A DNA stretch of 64,000 bases, from positions 39,308,001-39,372,000 of the forward strand of contig NC_092357.1 in NCBI RefSeq assembly GCF_963676685.1. The letters are read 5' to 3'. Source of the DNA: Mytilus edulis. Lineage: Eukaryota. Position numbers and translations under genes: made by a program. Every line of letters starts with the position of its first letter. The first letter of the stretch is position 1. The notes beneath the pieces are model-generated. The model was not told the DNA's origin. It saw only the letters and a program-made list of their open reading frames with translations, and did not search any database. Shown piece by piece: positions 26,147-37,734 of the stretch.

Positions 26147-27802
26147 ATGGCGGACAGTAAATTCTGTGCTGGTTGTCAGCGCAGTGATGAAGACATTACA
26201 GCTGTATCTTGGTGCAGTGATTGCAGTGAACTTGTATGTAAGGCGTGTTCCAGAGTTCACGAAAAGATGTCCCCACCTCACAAGGTAGTACAAATGAAAG
26301 AAATACAACAACTCAGTTCTTCACTCCTCAAATTGTCCAAGAACTGCACGAATCATCCTGCTCAAAAGATAATACTGTACTGCTGTCAACATGACCAAGT
26401 AATCTGCGATTCATGTGTTCCGATATCACATCAACATTGCAAGTCTATCATTTCAATTGAAAAAGCAGCTAGAGGCGTGAAAGATGGCACTGCTATTTTT
26501 GATCTAGAGAGAAGGCTTTCCAATCTATATCAAGTAACAGAGAACATACTGAGTCAAAAAGAGATAACACTTGTTGATTTAGAAAAAAATCGAAATAAAA
26601 TCAAGAAAAGGGTGTCGGAAATCAAGCAGAACATTATTGATCATTTAGATAGGTTAGAAGCAGATATTCATAAAGACCTTGATTCTAGGTATAAAACCTG
26701 TACTGAGATGGTGTCCCGAAACAGAAATAGCTTCCAGTCCAGCTCAGACTCCCTGTCTACATGGAAAAGTGATCTACATTCACTCAAGCAACATTCATCA
26801 GAAATCCATTTATTCCAGTTGGTAAAATTTTTAGATGCAAAAACTTACCAGAAAGAATTGGAAATCAGAAATATCCAAGCAGCTACTGTTCCGATTCTAA
26901 AATATCATCCGCCAGAATTCGAGTCGAACATTAGTAAACTAGTCCCAGACTTAGGTACAATAACGGTAGAAAATGTCCAAGTCCAAATGTCTTTACTAGA
27001 TATTGATCAACAAGGTCAATTTCTCGTTAGAGACGAAAGAAAGTTATCACTGAAACATTCATTCCCGACCACGAAATTAGGAAATGGAGTAACTATCTAC
27101 GGAGGATGCTTTATTCCTAATGATAGGTTACTACTCTGTAAATTCACGGGCAAACAACTTATTGTTTGTAAACTTGATGGATCGAACTCAAGCGTGATAG
27201 ATTTGGATGATGAACCACTAAATATAAGCTTATATGACAAAAACCATGCTATAGTATCTGTTGGTGATGCAGGTATCCGGATCATCGACCTGACATCATT
27301 AAAGCCTGGTAGAAGAATTAAAGTTAAAGGAAACTGTAGAAAAATCACTAGTGTAAAGGATAAGATTTGGGTAGCAAACAAAGCTCACACTTTAACAATT
27401 GTGGATATCAATGGTAAGATTCTTAAAGTAATACAAACAACATTTGATCCTTTTGATATCTGTGTCAATGAAGATGGTGATGTATATTGTACTGACCGCA
27501 AAAGTAATAAAGTATACGTTGTTACATCGGACGGAAAAGAACGTGAGATATACAACAGTCCTGACCTGAAAATTTCTTATGGTGTAGCTGTAGATGACCG
27601 TGGTGATGTGTATGTATCAGGACATAGATCAAACAACATACATAGAATATCTAATGATGGACAGAAACATGACATCGTCTTGACAGCAGAAGATGGTATC
27701 AATAAACCGACCGGTTTATCTTACAATAATGAAACAAAAGAACTGTTAGTCTTAAACCACTATCATAATGGTAGTTCTATCAATATCTATAAAACACAAT
27801 AA
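26147..27802 (+). CDS. RING-less TRIM-like protein (B-box x2, coiled coil, six-bladed NHL-like beta-propeller), copy 2, intact, 551 aa
   Basis: Uninterrupted ORF from MADSKFC after the acceptor ttacag. Two B-box zinc fingers, a heptad-rich helical region, and NHL-like blades (PFDICVNEDGDVYCTD, YGVAVDDRGDVYVSG, PTGLSYN). Confidence 0.92.
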   Translation: MADSKFCAGCQRSDEDITAVSWCSDCSELVCKACSRVHEKMSPPHKVVQMKEIQQLSSSLLKLSKNCTNHPAQKIILYCCQHDQVICDSCVPISHQHCKSIISIEKAARGVKDGTAIFDLERRLSNLYQVTENILSQKEITLVDLEKNRNKIKKRVSEIKQNIIDHLDRLEADIHKDLDSRYKTCTEMVSRNRNSFQSSSDSLSTWKSDLHSLKQHSSEIHLFQLVKFLDAKTYQKELEIRNIQAATVPILKYHPPEFESNISKLVPDLGTITVENVQVQMSLLDIDQQGQFLVRDERKLSLKHSFPTTKLGNGVTIYGGCFIPNDRLLLCKFTGKQLIVCKLDGSNSSVIDLDDEPLNISLYDKNHAIVSVGDAGIRIIDLTSLKPGRRIKVKGNCRKITSVKDKIWVANKAHTLTIVDINGKILKVIQTTFDPFDICVNEDGDVYCTDRKSNKVYVVTSDGKEREIYNSPDLKISYGVAVDDRGDVYVSGHRSNNIHRISNDGQKHDIVLTAEDGINKPTGLSYNNETKELLVLNHYHNGSSINIYKTQ

Positions 27803-28437
27803 GCACAGGCTAATTAACACTTCGCTGACTATAGCTTTAGGTGATTAGCCTAAAGATAAAACATTAACTTTTTATATCCTAATGAAAAATAGATTGATAT
27901 AACCAGGTTATCAAACATTGCTTGAAACTTTTTCAGATTTACCCTTTTACTGACAAGTAGAACCTAAACTAAAGTATTCCAATAACTATTTTAATTGGAA
28001 GTGTTCTGACTATGATACCTAATTCTAAATGGTGACAACAAAAAAAAGATTGGATGATCCCCGCTAATGGAGTTTGCTTTTTTGTTGTGTTTCAAAAGTC
28101 TGTCTTTTGGACGTTTATCTTGCATGTATACTGTACATTTCCTTTTACACAGCAAGTATTGCTAGTGTTACTGTGTGAAAATCCAGTGAGTTTCATCAAT
28201 TTGTTTTATTCAACAACAAATTGCACTTTCTGCTGTTCACTATTTACTTCAGTAGTCCAGCATTCCAGTGAAGAATTCCTGTGTGTAAATACCATAAATC
28301 TAAAGTTGTTTTCTTGTAAGCATCATTATATTCAATTAACATTAGTTTTAATTTAACAGCTAAATTATAAAATTATCAGCAATGAAATAAACAAGTAAAT
28401 ATCAGTGAGATTTATTTGTTGAACTATTTACTTTATC

Positions 28438-28442
<5 letters not shown>

Positions 28443-28477
<35 letters not shown>
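28443..28477. repeat. (TA)n microsatellite
   Basis: Perfect TA run. Confidence 0.95.
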
Positions 28478-28481
<4 letters not shown>

Positions 28482-29099
28482 GAGTCTAAATTGAAAACTA
28501 TATATATCAACTAGTAATAATTTGTTTTTTGGTATTGTTTCCGATTTTTTTTTCATATTTTCTCCGTAAACGTGTGAATTGCTTTTCTGTCACATATCTT
28601 CCTGATTTTGAAACAAAATTGTCACACCGGTCATGACTTTAAAAATAAAAAAAAACAGATGTAATGTAGCATTTTCACAGGTATTTTTGAATCAACATTT
28701 ATCTTTAGTATAAAGAAGATTAAGATTAGTTAAATATTTCATTTTTGATCTTTATTTTATAACGCTAAATAGTCCCGTTATTTATCATCACATGTAGCGA
28801 TGAACGGTAAAATTTGTATTACTTAATCAGTTCAAGATGTGAATTTTGTAAAATTTATATCTTTTATTAATTTATTCCTTCATTTATTTTTTGCTAAAAC
28901 ATGTGTTTCTCAAACAAAGAAATTATTCTGACAGTTTGACAGTTTTATCTGGAATACATTTGTTTTATGTATTCTTACATTTTGCCTGTAGTTTGTAACT
29001 TTACTTAAATTCTGCTTTGAGTACAGCTTCACATTTATAGATTCTGTTTTCTGTTCAGACATAGTGTAGGCTTTAAATATACAAAACATTATTCATGTA

Positions 29100-30120
29100 A
29101 TCAAATACTTGATTTCTATATATTGTTTATCATTAATTTTACACCAAATACTAACTTCTTCAATGTTTGAAAATTATTATCAATATTCTATTTTTAAGAA
29201 GATTTATAATTTTATCAAAGAAATCACCAAGAAATTGACATTAATTTTCAGAAACATATGTTGATAATCCTCAGTGGTTTTGCAATGATTACAATTTGAA
29301 TTATTGCAGATATTCTACTGTTTTAATAAAGTTTTACGAGTTAGAATAAAGTGTAACAATTTCCAACGAAACACTTTATTTTTATATTCTTTCAAATAGT
29401 GATGAACAAATTTCAATATATTACATGTTAAACTCTTAATAAACTCAATGTGTAACTCTGTTTCCCATCGGTTAAAACCAACAGGCATTTCAATCATATT
29501 CCGAATAAAACTATTCAATATATTTTTTTTTAGTTTCTAAATTTTCAAATGTGTCTGTATAATTACAATTCTTCTTAATATAAGAAACAAAATATGTTTT
29601 ACCTTAGTTTTCTTTGAATGTTTTTGACTTTTAAAATAGGTAGCCATTCTTTTGAAAAAGCTTTCTTCAATTGAGAATATTCTGACAACCAAATACATTT
29701 AATATTGAGCTTTTGTAAAAAAAAAAGTTTCTCTAGTATGTAACCAATTTTATCTATTATGTCGTTTACAAAGATGGTATTGCTATTTATTAAGTTTTGA
29801 AAGAAAAGGCTTTTTTGTAATCTTTATAAATTGATTTCCCCTAATAACTTGTTAACGAATAGATTAAAATTGTTTTAATTGCTCTATTTTCTGTTTTTTA
29901 TCCATGCTTTTACTACCACAAATACATTACATTTAACTTTTTGTGTTTTGTTTTCCATAAAAAGTGATATATAATCTTTTTTACTTTATGAAATATATTA
30001 TTTTTCTATGTAGGAAACACATGCTAAAAAAGAAGTATTGAGTAGAATCAGTGATTTGATAACTGCTATTTTTCCTAACAATGTTAGATTTCTTTTCTCC
30101 CAGTGTTTACTTGTCTTCTT
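29100..30120 (-). mobile_element. L1/Tx1-type LINE ORF2 3' fragment, degenerate
   Basis: Minus-strand translation gives KHWEKRNLTLLGKIAVIKSL, HFLWK, and FRWKLLHFIL...CNHCKTTEDYQHMF (zf-RVT-like), with stops and frameshifts. Confidence 0.7.
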
Positions 30121-30123
30121 AGA

Positions 30124-30335
30124 TTTTTATACGTGGCCAAAAAAAATTAACGACCGTAAATTGGTATGACGTTGGCGTCGTCGTCGTTGTCATCTTCGTC
30201 GTCATCCGAAGACACATTGGTTTCCGCAAAATAACTTTAGTTCAAGTGAATGAATCTCTACTAAATTTAACCGTAAGGTTTAATACCAAAAAAGGAAGGT
30301 TGGGATTGATTTTGGGTGTTATGGATTGGGGTTCC
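30124..30335 (+). mobile_element. 5' part of a non-autonomous Helentron (HINE/pearl-like) element
   Basis: T-rich start, short inverted repeat, (GTC)n microsatellite, then a core-repeat-like segment. Recognised by architecture only. Confidence 0.45.
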
Positions 30336-30339
30336 GAAA

Positions 30340-31946
30340 AAAAGTAAAATCTCAAAAATACTGAACTCAGAGGAAAATCAATTCGGAAAGTCCATAATCA
30401 CATGGCAAAATCAAATAACAAAACGCATCAAAAACCAATAGACAAGAACTGTCATATTCCTGACTTGGTACAGGCATTTTCAAATAGGGAAAATGGTGGA
30501 ATAAACCTGGTTCTATAGCGCTAACCCTCTCTCTTTGATAACAGTCTCATCAAATTCCGTTATGTTTACATGATGCGTAAAATAATAAGTCACAATTAAT
30601 AAAATAGTCAAATTATGGGTACATCAGTCATCATCGCATAACAATTTTAAAAGGGACAATTTATCAGAACACAAAAAACATCTATCTACGAACACATGGA
30701 TTGACTTCAGTGTCTGACGTCATAAAATTTGTATACGTCACATAAATTTGTCGTTCAATGTGCATACAAACAGTTTTAAAATTTACATAGGCAATTTAAG
30801 TATACAGAGTTAAAAAATCAAAAGTATGTAAGAACAATTACAGAAATAGACCGATATTTAAACTAGTCGAAAAGTTATAAGTAGAATTTATGAGAATCCA
30901 AAAAATAGTTAATTCCACTACGCGATTACGCGATTGAATGATTTTGACGTATGTGGTTCAACGTATATAGTAATTCATAATAGAAATATACCATAGATAT
31001 AGACCAAAATAATAGTGACGGGATCTTTTAAAGTACAGAGTCACGTAATAAGAACAAAAGAAATACAAAGAGTCGCATATACAAAACAAACCACCAAAAA
31101 ATGAAAGCCAATACAAACACATTGACGAGATATATAAGTACCGAGCCACGTCAAACGGATATCACATAAAACCATTCAACAGTAAAAGTTATATTAATAA
31201 TAGAACAAAGACAAATGAAAGAACAGTAAAACATGTTGTTAAGATGATAAACAACATCAGTACGCAGAATCTATACATCAAGACCATTTGTATTATTTGA
31301 GAAGTTGATACGGAATATTTATCAACAAGGTCTTGGTACCTTCCGATGAACTTTTTTAGAAAAAGGACGAGACGTTCTTTGACATACCCCTGGTTCATCA
31401 ACTTTCTACTCAGACACTGATGACGTTTTACAAAGTCTGAGTAGGAGCTGCAAGCTTTTGAATATCGAATAAGTTGGGAAATATATATCCCATATGCAGG
31501 TGAAGTTTATATGTTGCTACTAAGGTGGGGGAAATTTATAATTTCAAAATTAAAATCGTCTCGTTTGTCATAGATTCTGGTACTGAGATGACTGTGTAAG
31601 TCAAATTCGAGATATAAGTCTAAAAATGAGGCGGAGGAGGCGGTGTCTGTTGTTTCTTTAATCTCTAGTTCTGGGGGATATATCAATGGATTCCAATCAG
31701 AAAAGTTCGGATTGTTTATGGACAGAACATCATCAATATATCTGAAAGTGAAATTAAATAATCTGATTTGATCCTCTTGTTTTTGACAAGTGTCTGGAGG
31801 AACTCCGAATCATATGAAAATAAGAAGAGGTCGGCAAGAAGAGGCACACAGTTTGTTCCCATAGAAATGCCGACAATTTGTTGGAAAAGTCTACCTCCAA
31901 ACTCAACAAATATGTTGTCGATAAGAAACTCCAGCATACTGACCAC
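30340..31946 (-). mobile_element. Penelope-like retroelement, 5'-truncated (RT domains 4-7, thumb and 3' end)
   Basis: FQQIVGISMGTNCVPLLADLFL, FRYIDDVL, SFLDL, IYDKRDDFNF, YGIYISQLIRY, KKFIGRYQDLVDKY. The ORF ends with no C-terminal GIY-YIG domain. Confidence 0.85.
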
Positions 31947-34900
31947 TGAGATAGTTCTCCGGGTCCGATCTCATTTTATATAGAAAGTCACATGCTTACA
32001 TCAAAAATGTATCTTTCGATAAGACAAACGAAGCAAATGCCTTATGAAATTTCATGCTTTACAAATGTGTTGCCCCCCCCCAATTAAAACGGGCGCAGGA
32101 CATTTTAGTGAAAAAAATAGAACTACCTGCGGACATTTGACCGCCGACATTAGATAAGAGCCCATTTTAGAGCCGGAAAAAATCGTTCACCTGTTTTTTT
32201 CGATAGCCCATTTTAGCGAAAACTCAAAAAGCTTTTGGCGGAGTTATTTAAAGCGAACAAATTAGATTTCAGAGTCGTTCGTTGCCCACTATAATGAGCA
32301 ATAATATATAAATGTCACCCAGAAATTTGCGTTTTTCTTGGTACTATTATTATCAAATTGCAAACAATAACATATATAAAAAAACGAAGTATAGACGAAT
32401 GTGGACCAAAATAAACAAGATCAAGAGAAAGAACAGTTCCAAATGTAATTCAACCGTATTGTACATGGAGTTTACCCAGAGCCCATTACTCACGTTCTCT
32501 AGAATTTAAATTCCAGGCTAGAACGATTTTTTTTTAATTGATTAAATCTTTTAAACATTATTGCTGTATTTTAATGGACATCACATGTTTTATATAGAAC
32601 CAGGTTTAATCCACCATTTTCTACATTTGAAAATGCCTGTACCAAGTCAGGAATATGACAGTTCTTGTCTATATAAGTCTTTTTCATTTACTTTATATTA
32701 TAATGTGTACAAAATATTTTGCTTAAATGGGCATAGACAAATTCAATTATCGCTAAAATGTGTTAACAATCCGGCGCTTAAATGGGTTCTACTTTGGCGC
32801 TAAAACGTGCGAAATTTTTCGCTCAAATGTCCTCCGCCGATTGAAACAGCTACATTATCGGGAATTCCAGTGAGATCGTTGAAGTTTGCTCATGATATCA
32901 GATTATATGCTTTTAGATACGTTTGATGCTTATCAAGTTGAATAATATGATCATATGAAATTGTTATTATTTTATAGTGTTTTTACAAACCTGTATATAT
33001 TGCTATGTTTAATTTGAACAATTATGATAGTATGTGTATGTCCACATGACGAGGGCCTCAAAATGTTGTTACCCAGAGACATAAATAAATTGATTAAAAT
33101 GTGTCATATGATTTTTTTATTTAAAATGCATAAATGCGTTCTTTATCAAACTTATACGCCAGTGCAACTTACCCTTCCGGAGCATATGCTATATCCCCTG
33201 CATGTGCTTGGTTGGTGTATGTTGTACAGTCTTCAGTTTTCAATGCTGTGTGTTTGTATACAGTTGCTTCAGTTTTTTTCATTGCGTTGTCAAGTTTTTT
33301 TCGACTTGTAAGCTTGAATGTCCCTTTGGTATTGTTCGCCCCTCATTTACTGGTACACCATTTCGGCGTTATATTTCTCAAACAAATTATACCTTTTTTA
33401 AATATCTAAATCAACCTTGTCTTACAAATTTGTGACAAATCCTTTAAACCTTTTTACTTATCAATTTACTTAACAACCCTGTCAAAATTAGTATTGAGCG
33501 TAAGGCAAGACTACATCGTTGGCAAGTGCATACTAGTATTTCTGTTTTTTCCAATTCTTATTGAAATCGACAGCACCGTTGAAATCGTTGGTTCGATACA
33601 TTTATTTTTTATCAATATTTCGTACATTTTCGTTTATTCGAATGACTACATTTTGTCATAGATTTTAAACCATCAACTATTTGAGGCAAACAACTTGTAA
33701 GCGGGCAACACCCCCTATTAACATATTTCCTAAAAGGCCTTTTTATAGCTGACTACAGAATGATCTTTGTTCATTGTTGAATGCAGTACGTCGACATATA
33801 TAGTTGTACTTTTTGGTTTCAATTTGTCTCTTGTGAAGAGGTGTGTCATAAGCAATCTTACCACATTTTCTTTTTTTAATATTATACCAATTGAAATAAA
33901 AGATGGCAGTGATTATATTTCATCCGCTTCGAAATAAAAGACAAAAATAATAAATGTTAACTTCTTTTGTAAAGCCCTGGCCGTTATTTTTTGTTAGACT
34001 TTCTTTATGATTTTAAAAATAGAAAACTTTGCGCAGACGACATTATTTAATTCAATCTTTTTCAATTCAATTGCCAAATGACTGCTGGATAATATATGGG
34101 TAATTTAATTTTAAGTTTCCCAACATGAAAACAACGTCACTACATTGGTTGAATTTCAATTGTTTTGGACGTTTTTAACCAAGCACGACGTTTTGGTGTA
34201 CATTTTTGAAAATATTACCCAGAATGCATTAGTTTCTGAATCGAACACACAGCAACAACAATGCTAGAACTATCGAACAATGAAATAGATCTTCAAATTG
34301 GCATGTTATTGTATACAGCTATATGTGTAGAAAAGTGGCTACGAAGAGCTGTAATTTAATGACATTGTGCATCTAATTCATACAAATATCAAAGGTAACA
34401 TAACATCATACTCATCATCATTTTGGTTTGTCTTTTCCTTATTTGATTTACGAGATTTGAGCATTGCCTTGATTCAATATTATTGTGCTTTCTCGTTGAT
34501 TTGCATACCATATCTTCCAATAAGAATAAATATAAATACTGAAATTATAGTGAAGCTTTTATTATTGCAAAAAATGCGACAGAGTTGTAAACGCAATAAT
34601 TTAAACTCGCATTTTGGAATATATATACAAAATTTTATACAAAAGAAACTGGATTTCTCTTAAAATCGTAAATTTTTTAAATTGTGAAAATAAAAATCGC
34701 ATATAAGTCTAAAACGACATAATCGCAATGATAAATGTAATAATTTCTGAATTAACAGTATCCAATCTCATCCACTTTGCTTAAGGGAGTTATACCTATG
34801 TTATTATTTGATAAACAAAGCATTGAAAAACAAGATGTATTCAATAAATCCTGTTTGTATAGAATCTACAATGATATCCCCAAACAGGACCTTAGAAATG

Positions 34901-35112
34901 GCCAAATTCATCTTAATATACACAATGGAAGATGGGGTACGATTGCCAATGAAACAACTCTTCACAATAATCCAAATAACACAGACATTAACAAAGTTTA
35001 AATCCTTAAGTATTTTGGTGAAAATGTGTGTGCTGATCGCCTGATAAAATAAAGACATATTGTACAGAATTTCACCTTCCAGAGCTAAATGATCAAACTT
35101 TATCTTATTATA

Positions 35113-35507
35113 AAAGAGGGACGAAAGATACCAAAGGGATAGTCAAACTCATAAATCTAAAACAAACTGACAACGCCATGGCTAAAAATGAAAAAAGACA
35201 AACAGAAAAACAATATTACACATGACACAACATCGAAAACTAAACATAAACAACACGAACCCCACCAAAAACTAGGGTGATCTCAGGTGCTCCGGAAGGG
35301 TAAGCAGATCCTGCTCCACATGTGGCACCCGTCGTGTTGCTTATGTGATTACAAATCCGGTAAATAGTCTAATTCGGTAGGTCACATTCATGAAAGGGAA
35401 GGGGATTTTAGTTACGACGTAAGGCACATATCCGATATCATTTGTGAAACAGTTATTCCATAACAGTCAACCAACTCGTGATGGCGTCCGTAAAATTTAC
35501 GAAGGGA
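35113..35507 (-). mobile_element. 3' end of a second Penelope-like family
   Basis: Minus strand reads LRKFYGRHHELVDCYGITVSQMISD, followed by CTTACCCTTCCGGAGCACCTGAG.... Absent from the paralogous site (~18805). Confidence 0.7.
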
Positions 35508-36773
35508 TATATAACCTATATATAAACTGGGACTTTTATACTAATGTTAGTATAAAATTCCCAGATCTAAATCGAAAATAACAACGATGACTTTCTGAAA
35601 CACATTTAATAGGGTAATTGTTCCCTTTTATATATACTTTATATGTAGGTTTTCGGTTTATACAGGATTAGAGTGTCCCTAGAGTTAGTCAGCTTTCACT
35701 GTACTTGGAAAAGTGAGGATCTATCCGTAAAATGATAAATAAATACTGTCTTTGCTTTTTAACGTTGCTGTCTTTTCCAATTGTAGAATAAAATAAGAAT
35801 CATTGATATGAATTCAATAACACTTTAGGTCATTACAACTAGTGATGGCATGGTGCCATCTTCCGCAGTGAAAGAGAAGTCAGTTCACATTTGAAATGAT
35901 AAAAGTGCTTGTAATTATAAAATGAACATAAATAAATAAAACGACTTTAACTTTATGAAATGAATTTAATATGTTTATTGTAACAAACATAATAAACCGA
36001 TTAACTCTGTAACTGTACAAATTCTAACCGATTTTACATATACATAATTTTATAATTTATAAAACGAAATTGTGTTTTAATGCGTCTACACGATTTAGAA
36101 TGAGAAATTACGTTAAGCCCATCTTGAATTTGATATCTAAAAGTGATTTAAAACTATTAAAACGAAACAAAATTATGTTTGGATATTCCAGAACACTTAG
36201 TGGTAATATCTACTAGTATTGATGTAAACGGCGTCTGAAACTCCAAGTTTCGATTATTTAAAAACATGAAGACGACGACAAAAAAATTAAAAAAATTTGA
36301 TGAAAAAAAATAATATTTAATTCAATTTTATCAAAAATCAATCAACTTTTTTGATTATTATATATCAATGGCATTTGGCAATTCACAATTTGTGCAATAA
36401 TTTTAATAATGCCTCGTTCATCAATTTGAGATACATTATATTGATATTTCAATTTAAAAAATGATCTTATTATAACATATTACTTTCAAATAGCAGATCT
36501 TAATCCGTTGGTGGTTACTGTTGTTGCTCATGTCAGTAGAAACCCGGGAAACAGATGACGGTTTTGCAGTTTCGACATTTAGAAAAACATGCATTCATTT
36601 ATGAAACGAATAGCCAATAACAGTTTACCAACTCCTGATGGCATCATTTAAATTAACGAAGGAATGATTGTTTCAATTAAAAAGCTTTTATAAGAGCATC
36701 AACCCTCTATGAAGAACATCATGATAGGAAATACAATCCCTTGAATATCGACTGAGAGCTATTTATTAATTAA

Positions 36774-37373
36774 GAAATAATTCATGGGGGCTTGAATATA
36801 TCGTTTTTTTACCACGGGTTGGCCCTTTATGACAAATATTTTACCCTAAGCGATAGCGAGGGGTAAAATATCGGCATAAAGGGACCACCCGTGGTAAAAT
36901 TTAGATATATTCAAGCCCCCATGAATTATTTCGATTCTAATAGGACAAATACGGCATTTTTTTGGATCGAAGCGCTCTAGGTGGAGGCCATTATTTGTCG
37001 TTCCTATAAATTAACGCACTTTTAGATTGGCGTAAAAGAACGGATCAAACAGAATAAGTGACATGATCAAACTATTCACAAAACTTATTTAGATAGATTT
37101 GGATGAATTTTAATGATAACTTACTTATATGTCTTCTATGTATATAAAAAATTGGCTTATACCATATTTTAGCATCGTTTGTTTACGTTTCCTTGTTATG
37201 ATGATTTTCTGTATCAAAAGCGTGTATTTTCCCGTAAAATTCTATGACGTCGGGTACTTCATTCATAAAAAAAAACCATATGACGTGGGAGTACGATCGG
37301 AACAGCCAATGCAATATATTCATATTTTACATCGGGTGTGTACTCAAGGCGTTTGCAGGACGTCATGTTAGAA
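36774..37373. mobile_element. Non-autonomous element with a 159-bp terminal palindrome (class uncertain, possibly Crypton-like)
   Basis: Hairpin at 36774-36932. Insertion relative to the paralog at ~23760, with TAA on both sides. Confidence 0.65.
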
Positions 37374-37734
37374 TAACATATAACTGAGAGGGTGATAGAG
37401 CAGATTGTTACTCTCAGAACAAATTATCAAAAGAGGTGATGGACTCTTACTATTGAAATTATGTTTATCTTCCTGTATATTTTCAAACAATATCGATAAA
37501 TCCTTATTAAAAACTGTCAATATGTCGCAGTAGCTGCGACAACATCAAACGATTTTGTCTGATGAAAAAAATTTATACCAGATTAATTTCGGGCTAATTG
37601 AACTTGACTGAACGTCTTTATTGTAAGATTTTAGATAATATTCTGAATAAAATTGGTTTCCTAACAAAGTAATACAAATGTAAAAAATACTTTTTATTAG
37701 CTACTCATTTTTTTCAAGGAGACAGACATAGATT

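Noticed and set aside
31967-32879. Element with inward-facing CGCTAAAATGGG motifs and CGATCTCA/TGAGATCG ends
   Set aside because: Probably a degenerate TIR element, but the TIR is too short and no TSD is visible, so boundaries and class are unsupported.
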